Position numbers and translations under genes: made by a program. A DNA stretch of 64,000 nucleotides from positions 62,001 to 126,000 of the forward strand of contig QPGO01000074.1 of the NCBI GenBank assembly GCA_008632985.1, in the 5' to 3' direction. The notes beneath the pieces were generated by a model. It worked only from the letters and a program-made list of their open reading frames with translations. It was not told where the DNA came from and did not search any database. Positions 50,070 to 62,285 of the stretch are shown in pieces; the stretch's first letter is position 1; each line of letters opens with the position of its first letter. The DNA comes from Psammoneis japonica. Taxonomy: Eukaryota.

Positions 50070-52277
50070 GTGCAGTTACGGTACAGTATCGAGGGTTGAT
50101 GTGGAAGCAGTGCTCCTCTGCCGCCGTACGTATTGCGCATCGAAAGGTCGCTGAAAAAGTGAGCACAAACGGACCCGTAGGATTCTACGTCTATGTACCA
50201 CGATATCTGTCCGTGACCCGGGTTGCGTCGCGATGATGATTAGATTATTCGCGATTGATTCGCGATCGATGGTCGATGGCGACGCGATACAGTACAGTGT
50301 ATGGGGAGAGGGGAGAGCGCAGAATGGAGAAAGGAGTTGAGGTACAGTATTGTGAAAATTGGCTCATCTTCGCTGGGAAAGACAGCACGGACACGGCCAA
50401 CTTGTATACCGGAGAGTAGCCAGACAAGTTCGTTCGCCCACTTCGTTAAGCATGTCGGCGAAAAAGGCACCTTGGGTCAAACGGCGTCAGTAGGGCCTAG
50501 TAAAAATTGGCCGGCAGTAGGGAAGCACACCGGTCTTAGCAGTGTTAGGAAGGGTTTCGGTTAAGCACGAAACTGGAGTCGTTTCCCTTTGAGCGTTTGT
50601 CAATGCCATGGGCAAAGGCTTTCATAGATTGTTGCTCTCACTTTTTCAAAAAAAAAAAAAAAAAGCCCGGAGAATAGTCTTGAGTCTAGGCTTTTCCCTG
50701 TTGTCATGACATTTAGTTCTCTTGGATTTGTGAGGGCGGCGTTCGCCATGCCCATGTCATACGATCCGTCCGCACTTCATAGCTCAAAAAGTTTTTGACA
50801 GAGATATCCGGAGCTCAGCCATCCATCCATCACGATCACGATCTTCACGATGTGTGAGTGCCAAAGTTTTGAATTGATTGTGTGTTACTAATGTATTGAG
50901 AACATTTATGGGATCAAGTGGCCGACGAACTGCAAATAGAAAGAGAATCAAAGAGGTACAGCACACTGCACAAAGGCTCCGGACAATACACACGATTGAA
51001 TCCTCTTAATCGTTTCTTCATCGTTCCATTGCCGTTTCGAGTCACTCTTTTTGATGTCGTCATAAGGGTCGTAGTCACACAAATCCACGCTGCAGGTCAA
51101 AAGGAATAATCGATGCTTTGGGAAGGAACCACCTACGGCCCAAACACCCCAAAACGCACGACCGCCCAATCCGGCCGAAAACGTCTTTGTCTCGGAGAAT
51201 CAACTCGCCGCTAGCATGAGAGTGTGAAATGGAGTCGTCTGGAACTGGTTTGAATAAAATCCGACCAATATTGCCTGTGTTGTGATCGATTCATCTTGGG
51301 GTGTAAGCGAGCATTCCGATGTGACGTAGGCAGAAAAGGTCGTCGATCAAGTCTTGACACCTTTGTTGACACCCGTTCTCATCCACTCCCGGCTCAAAAA
51401 TCAAAAAGCAAGATCAAACAACACCCAAAAAAGAGAAATCAAAGAACAAAGTAAGTGACATCGTGCAATCATCATTCTATCATCTCCACATGCACTGGGG
51501 GTGATGCACTGGGGGTGTAGGGGAACGCACGGGAAGGCGCCAGAGAGTTTTTGTTGACTCGGTCGGGCGCCGTCATCTTGCTTCCCATCGAAATCGCGAG
51601 TGTTCGACAACAAACCATCCACACCCCACCTTGTACTGTACTGTCCAATGCTTCAAGGAGGCCATGAACTCCTCACAATTGTCGGCAGTGGCCTTTTCCG
51701 GCCATGGTTGCCGCGGGCAGGTGTGGCGGGGAGCTTCTCAGGTTGAAGGTGGTGTTCGCTTGGGGTTCTCATCGTGACTGAAAATTGACACTCGTGACTC
51801 GTTCGGAGCTTCTCTTTTGAGATTCCGATCGAATGACTCGATCGACTCCCTTATCAAGCACGACATACACGCACGAACCACGACCCACGACCACCGATGT
51901 ATGACCACCACTGAGCACAGAGCACACCGTTGACCGTGACGAGTAAAGAGTGATGAATGAGCGCCGGCAGAAACATGGGTCATCACATGCACTTGGAACC
52001 ACAGCGTTGTGACTGTCATCCAGAGTCCACTCTGAGTATGATTTAACCTGCAGAGCATTGGTTCTTTTGTACGAGCACACATCGGATGCACGAGCGCCAA
52101 CCATACCACACATCACCCCCGCCGTCCTATCGTTCACTCGTTCATCAGCACTATGACAGTGCCGCTTGTCCAAAACAACAACATGCGACAATTCAATGCT
52201 AACACTGACCGTCGTTTCATTGTTTCGATTAATACAAGAGCAATATCACGGAAACTTGATTCGAACCCACCAACGAT

Positions 52278-53830
52278 ATGAAGTTCATCTTCCTTTCCAT
52301 CCTGGCCGGTGCCAGTGGAGTTCTGGCGGCCCATCCCAGCCTTCGTCACGAGGAAGGCTTCTTGCCTCATGCCAGCATGGTCGACAAGGTCGGTCCGCAC
52401 CAAGGACAGAGGAAGTTGAGTACCTGCCAAGAGAGTCACTCCACTCTGTTGATGTACAACCCCGGTGCCGATCCAAAGCCATGCATGAATGAAGTCACGA
52501 AGACAGACTTTGGATGTACGGCCGAAGATGTCAAGATTGCAGCAGTCAAGATCGAGAGACTCTACCGCATTGTGGGTGGCGTGGAGGAAGACATTATGCC
52601 AGACCCGATCACCAAGGAATACGATTGCTCCGCCGGAGAGGACTTGCTCGTCGACCTTGAATTGGACCTGACGTCCACCGCCACCGAGAGATACGACATT
52701 GCCACATGGCTAAGCTACGAAGGCGCCGACTTTGCGTACATTGGAAATGATTGCACTGTCGCCAGCTATAATGTTGAAGCTCTTGAGAACATTGACATTT
52801 TAACCAGGCCGGTGGGAAAATACGACGATAACTGTGGAGATGTTTACGGTGTCTCCTCTCCGTATTCTGCGGATGTCTGCGGCTTGCCGTTGAAATGCTT
52901 AGATGCGAGTGCCACCAGCGGGGGCACCGTTACGGTCGGCGCTTGTAATACGTGGAAGCAGAACGTCAAGGGTAAAGTATGTGATCAGGCTGACCGATCC
53001 ACCTTGCTCCCAGGAGCCCCCTCCAAGTGCAAGTGCGAGTATCTCCACTTCCCCATTAACATTCGGTGTGGACTTTCGGCCACGTGCAACCTGTCACCTG
53101 CAACGCATGAGTGCGTTGCTGTTGATGGTGAACCGCCCACGCACTCTAATGTCGCTGATGTCTTTACTGTTACGTCTGACCCCGACAACACTTGTGATCA
53201 CGAAATGACACTCGCGAGTTCCGACAATGGAGGAGCAGGCTGTGTGGCAGACCCTCACGTGATTACCAGGAGCTACGAGTTAGATGATGGAAATGCCTGG
53301 ACGGACCCGGTCGACCCTTGTGAAGAGGCGTGGACGTACGTGGATACCGCGAACCCATCTCTTGCCGATCCCGTTGCGCACGGTCCCTACCAGTGCCTAA
53401 AGGATGTCCCAACTGCTCAGACATTGGGGGCTACTGATGACTGTGATGAAAGCCCAGATGTTAATTACTTGGGCGAGACTAAGTCTCCCCAAATGAGGAC
53501 TGCACTTTTACTCTCACGCGCACTTGGGAAGCGAAGGATTCTTGTGGCAACACGGATACCAAGACTCTGGACATTCAGGTCGACATGACGGTAGCACCCA
53601 CTTTCACCAACTGTCCTCAACACAAGACTGTCAACATCTGCAAAGACACGTACATTCCCGATGCATCGCCGACCGCCACGGACCGTTGCGGTAACCCTGC
53701 CACTGTCAGTTGCAACGACTGTACTTGGGTGGCTGAAGGCGTGCTTAGCCGCTCGTGGACGGCCACGGATGATTGTGACAACGAGGCGACTTGTACGCAG
53801 CTAGTCACATTCAACATGGCTTGCACCTAA
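52278..53830 (+). CDS. Secreted cysteine-rich protein with HYR-like repeats; one frameshift at ~53490
   Basis: Signal peptide MKFIFLSILAGASGVLA; repeats DTxxPxL...ATDDC...TRTWxAxDxCGN. The reading frame continues in another frame after a C-run at 53487-53490. Confidence 0.7.
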
Positions 53831-54124
53831 GTCCGCCCGGCGGGGCCTTTGAATGTCGCACAAGGTGTTGGCGGTCGGCATTCAACCTAAGTAGTAGTTT
53901 AGGAAGAGGTTCGAGGCGCGACGACAAGGTACATTGGGTCGGACTCGGGCCGCCAGATACATGTTGACGATGGCTCGTGGCGCAACAAGGTGGCGATGAT
54001 GGGGTGCGAGCGAGCCACTACATATGGACGAGGTGTGGATTTGGTTTCATATACATGTGAATGCTTGCGACATACGCGTCAAGTTGTGGACCCGTTGATG
54101 TGGTGTGGTGGGCGGACTGCAACC

Positions 54125-54342
54125 AGTGTGTATCGGAGAGTAGCCGGACAGCTATTCTCGCCCATGCCGTAAATATTTTGCGAAATAAGGCGCCCTGGGC
54201 CCAGGACGAAAGAGAGACTTATACATGAAAAACCCTTGGCTGCAGGAGACCAAAAAACCCGTACTCAGCAGTGAATAAGAATAGGAGGTTTCCGTTGTGT
54301 GCGAAACTGGAGTCGTTTCTCTTAGAGCATTTGTCAATGCCC
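54125..54342 (+). repeat. Diverged duplicate of 50400-50610
   Basis: ggagagtagcc.gaca and gaaactggagtcgttt....gagc.tttgtcaatgcc are shared. Confidence 0.7.
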
Positions 54343-54647
54343 TGTCAGGACGAATGATGTGAGCCTTTAGTCGCTCTTTCCCGCCCATCACGCTAGAGGC
54401 GTCGATCATCACACAATGTACGCCGAATAGAGTGTTAAGGGTACAATACAGGCAACAGTACGTATTGCTTAACAAACGCGTCAAAGGGGCAGCAGTGTGC
54501 CAGGATGGAAGAAAAGTGTCGATGCAAGCTTTTCCATGCAATGCAATCACCACGCCACACAAAACTTGTGCCCTGTTCAACAACATCAACACCGTGACGA
54601 TCGTCAAACCTCACTTTCATCGGGTCGAGTTCAAAGCAGTAGTCGTT

Positions 54648-54815
54648 CTATGCCTTTACGTAAATCACGCTCAAATTGTTGGCAGGCATTTCAACGGTTT
54701 CTTGGAGTGTCAAGCCACAAGCCGATGCTTCTTGGACAACCTGCTCCAGATCCCGCTTGCCCCAACTCGGGTCTCTCATTCGAAGACTCTTGTCAAAGTT
54801 TCTGTCCAAAAATGA
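54648..54815 (-). pseudogene. C-terminal fragment of a DUF938/METTL26-like methyltransferase
   Basis: NFDKSLRMRDPSWGKRDLEQVVQEASACGLTLQETVEMPANNLSV; the N-terminal part is missing. Confidence 0.7.
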
Positions 54816-55012
54816 GACTGTCCGAAAATGAGACGAGGAATGGACTTGTGAGACTGACCCAAATCCAAATTGTTTGCCAAAGACAGTCTCCAGAGAGAGA
54901 AAGAGACCCATGGCAATGGTTCCCATATGCAGCATGACTTACAAATTAGACTCGACAGCCGTCCCGTGAACCTTGTGGCTTGCAGGGTCCATGACAATGC
55001 AAGACACCTCCA

Positions 55013-58000
55013 CCCTAGAATTGCCACCTTGGCGCCACCACCTGGCTGCGATTGAAGGCTCCGGGCTGCATGGGCTGCATGGCCAATGATGTGGCAGTTT
55101 TCCCCAAAGCCGCTGTCATGAGCTGCATGATGTCCAGGATGAGTTGTCACAGCATAACATGCACGTGATTGAAAGGATTCATGGACGGCTAAACTCACCA
55201 TGGCCGCATCCCATGTTGACTCCTCTTTTAAGCAAGCAACAATCAGAGCTGCATGGTTGACACAGCAGTGTCCCCTGAAGCTGTCATGAGCTGCATGATG
55301 TCCCAGATGAGTTGTCACAGCATGACATGCACGTGATTGAAAGGATTCATGGACGGCTGCATTCACCACGGCCGCATCCCACGTTAACTCCTCCTTTGAA
55401 CAAGCAACAATTGGAGTGCACAAATCTGTGCAAAAACAAGCCACCTTTCCCATGACATTTTTGATTGGACACTGATGAGGACATCAAGGAAGTGGAACAT
55501 TCAGCAGAACCAATGGCGGAGGCTGTTGGAAAGTGTGCATCAAAAGCACAAACACAGAAATTGGACAGCATGCACCAGCCCAATGTGCTCCACATGAAGC
55601 ACCAGAGCTGCCAATGAAGCAGTCATCATTCTCTTTTAACTCTTAGAAAGCATTGCAATGACAAGCTTGTCCATTCTGCCCTCAGGATCAGCCTTGGAGG
55701 ACTGAAGCAGCCCTGAGACAGCTGCCAGAAGGGTGAATCTCAGCAGTTGAAAGAGAATGAACCAGCTGAGAGCTGCAAAAGTGAGAAAGAAGAAAAGAGA
55801 GTCATTCTTGCCAAGTGAGAGACATTTTCCTGCTTTTCCAATCCAACTTGAGTGGAAGAGGCAGAGGCAGAGGTGGCAACAGGAGCCATGGAAAAGGACC
55901 CTCTGGAAGAGGAAACAGGGGTGGCAAGCAGAGCCACAAGAGCATTGAAGACTGCGTCTGCTGCATTGGAAATGCCAAGCAAGCATCTGATTTTCAGATT
56001 GCAACTGAGTTCATCATCAACTGCACAAAGAAAACCTGTGAATTTGGAAATGATGTGGCAACTGCACTCAGCACTTACACTCCATGTGACATGAGTTCCA
56101 AGAAGCCAACTTTGCAGGTCAGCTCAACAGGAGATGACAAGATTGATGTGGCACTGAACAAGCAGTGTGAAATTGAACTCAAGACCAAATTTGATGCCCA
56201 CATTAAAAGGACTCAGATGCATGAGAACACCTTGATTAAGGCTTGTGCTCTGCTCTGGGAAAGGTGCTCCAAGGCCATGAAGAACAAGATTCAAGCAAGG
56301 AATGAATTCCAAACCAAGATTGAGAACAACTCCATTGAATTGCTCAAGACCATCAAGGAGCATGCATTGAATCATCAAGAGCACAGATGCGACATGGCCA
56401 TCATCTCAGATTCTATGAGGGCTGTGTTGGAAACCAAGCAAAAGGAAAAGGAGAGTCTGCAAGATTGCACCAAGCAATTCAGGGTTGCAAGAGACGTCAT
56501 GAAGTCTCACATCAGGGGACCAATTGTCCTCACCAAGATGGCAGAGGGCATGTTGGATTGTGATGAGTCCATGCAGACACTGTCAAGAAGTGTCAAGAGA
56601 AGGCATTCAGCCAGCTGATGGGTTTCATGCACTTGGAGATTGCAGATCAACGGAAGCACAGATCAATTGTCACTTCTCACAGGAATGAACACTCAACAGT
56701 TGCTCAAGAACAACCAGCATCCCAAGTCCATTGCAGAAGCCAACATGGTGTTGAGAAACCACACCTTTGATTGTGTCAAACAGCCAACAGGAACAGGAAC
56801 AATCAAAACAACAACTCTGATTCCAAGAAACAAGAAGAAAATCAAGAAATCACCCTGTCTTTTGCTCAGATGGAAGGCAGGTGTGCTGCTGTTGTGGAAA
56901 GGCAGGACACAAGTCCACCAATTGCAGGGAGAGAGGCTCAAGAGCTCAATCAGAATGGTCCATCAACAAGGCCAAGGCCAAAGAAGAAACAAGCACTGTT
57001 CAAGCAGCTGATGATGCCACCAGTGCTGCAACCATTGGGACCAAGTCTACAGTTTCTGGATGGGCTGGCACTCATGTTGATGCATCTCTCCACCAAGGAC
57101 AGTCTGATGACATGAGAGACTGGATTTTGTTGGACAATCAGTCCACAACCACCATCTTCTGCAACAAGAAGCCAGTCGCAGACATTTGTCTGTCTGATGA
57201 AGTCATGAGATTGCACACACACAGAGGAGTGCTGATCACGACTCACAAGGCCACTGTGCCTGGATTTGGTGAGACCTGGTTTAATCCAGATGCAATCACC
57301 AACATTTTTGCTCATTCCAACATGAAGAAGAAGCACAGGATCATGTGTGATTCCTCCCAAGACAATGCATTCACCGTTCATCTGCCCCACAAGAAGGTCA
57401 AGTTCAAGGAGGATGCAAGTGGGCTGCATGTCTACAAGCCCAAAATCCAAGACATCGGAGCTCAGCTCCAATTCACACAGAGCATTGAGGAGAACAAGAA
57501 GTTCTGCACTCCATGCCAATTTGAGCAAGCCAAAGAGCTTGAGAATTGTTGCACGTGTTGGGAAACCCAACCATGAACGATCTGAAGGCCATCATTTGCG
57601 TGAAGTGACAGCATCAAGAAAACAATCCTGTTACAACCAAGGACTTGGATTTGGCTGAGAAGATCTTTGGACCAGACATTGGAAGCCTGAAAGGCAAGGT
57701 CACCAGGTGAAAGCCAGAGCCAGTTGTGGAAGACTGCGTTGAGATCCCAAAGGAGCTCATTGCGGCTCAGCACAAAGTCACTCTTTGCCTGGATGGACTC
57801 AAGGTGAATGGATTGTCATTCCTCACCACAGCGTCATGAACATTTTTTATTGCACTGCACAGCTGCTGAAGGATTTAACCCAAGCAACCCATCAGGAAGC
57901 TCTGGAAGGTGTGCTGCAAGTCTAGAACAAGGCCAATTTAAAGGTCACGCGCATTCATTGCAACAACAAGTTCAGGCCCATTGGAAATGCACTTGAAGAC

Positions 58001-61000
58001 AAGTTCAATCTTAAGATGAACTGCACTCATGCTCAGGAGCATGTCCCAGAAGCCAAGCAGAACAACCGAGTCATTCAAGAACATGCCAGGGCAGTCTGTC
58101 ATCAACTGCCATTCAAGCATCTTCCAAAGCTCATGGTGGAAGTCATGGTCACTGAGGCTGCTGAGAAAGTCATTATTTTCCAGCCAAGCAAGGTGTTTCA
58201 AAGCATTGCAGTCCAAGAATGATTCTCCATCAAAAGAATCTAGACTGTGACAAGAGCTGCAAAATCACATTTGGCACTCATGTGCAAGCTCACAATGACC
58301 CGGATCCCAAGAACACCCAAGAGTCACGGACCTTGGATGGCATTTGTTTGCACCCAACCAACAGCAACCAGATTGGACATGAGTTGCTGCACTTGCACAC
58401 TGGCAAAAAGATCACCCGTTGCCAGGTCACCCCTGTGCCCATCACTGCAGCCTTCATCATTTGGCTGAAATGAACAAAAGATGCCCAACAGTCTCAAGAT
58501 TGAGAACCGCACTGGAATTGTCATGCGCAACAGTGCTTGGATTGCAGGAGTGAATTATGATGAAGATCATTCAAAGATGAAGACTGCAATCTAGAAGAAG
58601 ACACTAAAGCAAGGGACAAGGAAGACAACAAGGAAGGCAACACAGACTGGGGAGACTCCAAAAGAGGAGTCAGCCAACAAGAGCTGCAAGGAACAATCCA
58701 AGATCAAGAGTTGGATGAAGAAGCCAGCTGCATCAGCGAGGAGCAAGATGAAACTCAAGACAAAGCATCCCAACAAGAAGAGCATCTTGGAGACAATGAC
58801 AAAGAAGGTTCCCAATCATTGGAAGGAAGTGGAGTCTCCCAAGAAATTGATGACATGATTGAACACATCAATGAACTGCAGAATCAAGAGCAGGAATTCT
58901 CTCCAGAAGTGCAAGAGCTCACTGCCAAAATGCAAGAGCCAGAATCCAAAGACGAGTCTGGAGACAAACAGAGTGAAACTGAAGAGAGTGTTGAAGAAGA
59001 GCCTCTTGCCAAGTCAAGGACAGGAAGAACTCTCAAACCTCCAGTGAGATTTGATGATTGCCGGTGTCATTTACAGACTCAGGCTCACTTGCAAGTCAAA
59101 GAGTGCAGCTTGGAAATGGCCAGGATTGTGGCCATGACAATGTGCCAATGGAATGAAAAGATCAGTGCAATCACCGCTGTTGAGGAAGCACATGAATTCA
59201 TTCAAACTTGCAGCTTGGCATGAGGACTCCAGAAGGTTGGAGAAGAAGGCCACAAGTCGGCCACATCAGAGCTGCAGCAGATCCATGATGGAGCAGTTTT
59301 CAAGCCCATTCACATCAAGGACATATGACTCCTCTGGAGAGGAAGAGGGCCATGGAGAGCCTCATGTTTCTCACAGAGAAAAGAGATGTGGACAAATCAA
59401 GTCCAGATTGTGTGCAAACGGAAGCACGCAATGAGAGCGCATGGACCAAGACAAAACTGCCAGTCCACAGCATCCACTGAGTCCATTCTCATCACAGGAG
59501 TGATTGATGCCAAGCAAGGCCAAGACGTCATGACAGCAGACATTCCCAATGCATTTGTGCAGATGGACATTGAGGTCAAGGAAGAGAAGATCATCACGAA
59601 GATTTGTGGAAGGATGGTGGACATTTTGCTGGAATTAGATCCTGAAACTCGTCAGGACCATGTTGTGTGCAAAGGCAAGCACAAGGTCCTCTGCGTTGAA
59701 ATGTTGAAGGCACTCTGTGGAGTGTTGGTGTCTTCCACATTCTTTGTTGCAAGAAGTTCTGTCAAGACATCAAAGGAATTGGATTGAGATAATCCGCATG
59801 ATCCATGTGTGGCCACCGCACTGTGAATGGCAAAAAGCACACTGTGACATTGCATGTGAACGATTTGAAGTTGAGCCACATTGACAGCAAAGTCAACAAT
59901 GAGTTTAAGATTTGGCTTGACAAAACTTGTGCAGACAAGATTGGAAAGGTCAAAGTGATGTGTGGAAAGAGGCATGATTGCTTGGCCATGATTCTAGATT
60001 ACAACATTCCAGGAATGCTGCAAGTGGACATGGTGCTTTACATTTAAGGCGTGATCAGGGACTTTCCGGAAGAATTGTCTGTGACATGGATTGCCCATGG
60101 AACAAGAAGCTCAACAAGGTGGACAAGAAGAGCCAGAAGTTGGACCTCAAAGGTGCTCAAACATTTTGCACTTTTGTGATGAAGGGCATGTTTCTTTGCA
60201 AGAGAGCCAGACAGGACATCCAGCCTGGCATTTCTTTTCTCACCACTGGAGTCAAAGAACCAAATGAATTGGATTGGATGAAGCTGGTGAGGGCCATGAA
60301 TTTCCTCAAGAAAACCCAGCATGAGATTGCAGCCACATCTGCTGGAGACAAAGTCATCATCAAGTGGCATGTTGATGCCTCCTTTGCAGTTCACCCAGAC
60401 TGCAAAAGCCACACTGGAGCAACGATGACTCTTGGAAAAGGTGTCATTGCATCTGTCAGCATGAAGCAGAAGATCAACACCAGGAGTTCCACCAAAGCAG
60501 AAATCATTGCAGGAGACAATGTTGTGTCAAAGGTCCTTTGGACCAAGCTGTTTGTTGAAGCCCAAGGTTTTCCAGTCAAGCACAACATCATGCATCGTGA
60601 CAACCAGAGTTGCATGAAATTAGAAGAAAACGGAAAAGCCAGTTCAGGCAAACGCACAAGACACTTCAACATCAAGTGTTTTTACATCACCAATCTCATC
60701 AAGCATGGAGAACTTGAGATTAAGTTCTGCCCAACAGACAAGATGATTGGAGATCACATGACCAAGCCTGTGGTTGGCAAGAAGCTCATTGTTGATCGTC
60801 AAACTGTCATGAACATTCAAGTGCCTGAGATGGGCAAACACACTTGGAAGTGCAAAAAATCTTGTCATTGGTCAGCAGGAGCATGTTGGAAAGTGTGTGT
60901 CAAAAGCACAAACACAGAAATTAGACAGAGTGAAGAAGACACATGTGCCAGCGCTGATGTGCTCTACGTGAAGCAAGAGAACTGCCAATGGAACAGCTGC

Positions 61001-61780
61001 TGTGTTCTCTTTTGACTCTTGGAAAGCATTGAAATGACAAGCTTGTCCATTTTGCCCTCAGGATCAGCCTTTGAGGACTGAAGCAGCCCTGAGACAGCTG
61101 TCAGAAGGGTGAATCTCAACAGAGGCACTCCAGGTGCGGTCTCTTGCAAGGCACAATCCGGATCTCTTCCGTCTCCAAGATCTTCCCATTCTTTCCAGGC
61201 GGTCGTCAGAAACGCAAGCAGCCCTTTGCCATGCACCAACTGACAATCGCCAATGGTGCCTGCTTGTGAACATGTTGGTGTCATGAATTTCACTTTTGAT
61301 TGCGTTTGCCATTGCCGCAAATGTTGCAAAATGAGTGCGCGACCACGCCTTGGGGGTGATTGTGACAGTCGTTTGCATCTGAGATTGTGAGAGTCGTTTG
61401 CACCCGAGTGTCGACGGAATCAAGAGGCTCCTCCACCTCAGAGGCACTCCTCGACACAACCACCAACTCCACATGTCCCGGTAGCTACAGCACCGAGGGT
61501 CGATGTTAAGAGCAGTGCTCCTCTGCTGCCGCATTGCGGCTCTGCGGTAAAATGCCATTGAAAAAGTGAGCACAAAAGGTGGGATTCTACAGTGCAGTAC
61601 ACACTGTAGGCAAGTACCACACGGTATCTGTCCGTGACCCGGGTTGCATCGCGAAAATAGCGATCGACGTACCCAGTACTATGGTACTTGAGGGGGTGAA
61701 CGGTGAACGCAGAAAGCAGAAAGGAGTTGAGTTATTGTGAAGCTCATCTTCGCTGGGAAAGACGACACGGACGCGGCCAA
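55013..61780 (-). pseudogene. Duplicate of the HDAC gene 5' part and upstream region (49411-50400), split by the copia insertion, with an internal ~170-bp tandem duplication
   Basis: 55013-55523 and 61122-61780 align to 49411-49746 and 49742-50400. Confidence 0.9.
55524..61121 (+). mobile_element. Full-length degenerate Ty1/copia (CoDi-type) LTR retrotransposon; LTRs 55524-55745 and 60884-61121; 5-bp TSD GAGGC
   Basis: TG...CA LTRs; GAGGC at 55519-55523 and 61122-61126, single in the intact gene at 49742. Gag knuckle CCCCGKAGHKSTNC, protease WILLDNQST, integrase EHVPEA, RT ADIPNAF/HVNDL, RNase H VDASF/DNQS/TKP. Many stops and frameshifts. Confidence 0.95.
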
Positions 61781-62285
61781 TGATTAGTATCAGTTTTGTT
61801 CCGGTGATCGTATTGGTGGTGTCTTTAGCACAGGGCTCTCATGGCTTTGCGAATCTTCAACCCCTCAGTCAACGTTCCATGCGCAGCCTTTCGACTGGCC
61901 GCCTCATCCGATTTCGTTCGCCCTGCATCTTGTTGTCCAAGACTCCACAACAACAGGAAGAAAAAGATTCACCGTTTGAGTCACTTGATGTAGTACTGGA
62001 CCGTGCTCGAAAGCGGAATCAAACCCCATTGATCCTTGGAAAGTTTCAGTCATCTGTCTTGAATCGACGAGTGTTGTTTCCATTTCTGTCTGTTTCTGAC
62101 ATCTTGTTCATCTTGGTCGCTGTCGCACTTGACGCGAAAGGATTTGCAATCGGTTTGTTTGTGGAAAGGCAACGCTGGCTCCACTTCAAAAACTAGTAAT
62201 GGAACAACGGAATGGCGCGTCACTTTTGAGATACGCCGACTTTTATCCCGTCCTTCTAGCAATCGCCTTGGACCAGATTATTTGA
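61780..62285 (+). CDS. Small predicted plastid-targeted membrane protein; frameshift at ~62163
   Basis: Signal peptide ending SHG-F followed by an Arg/Ser-rich transit peptide and hydrophobic helices. Adding one G restores FVGKATLAPLQKL...YPVLLAIALDQII*. Confidence 0.55.

Noticed and set aside
55524..61121. Alternative genetic code or RNA (ADAR-type) editing of retroelement transcripts
   Set aside because: Neighbouring genes use Tyr and standard stops. Edits occur on both strands, differ between LTRs and extend into non-TE flanks.
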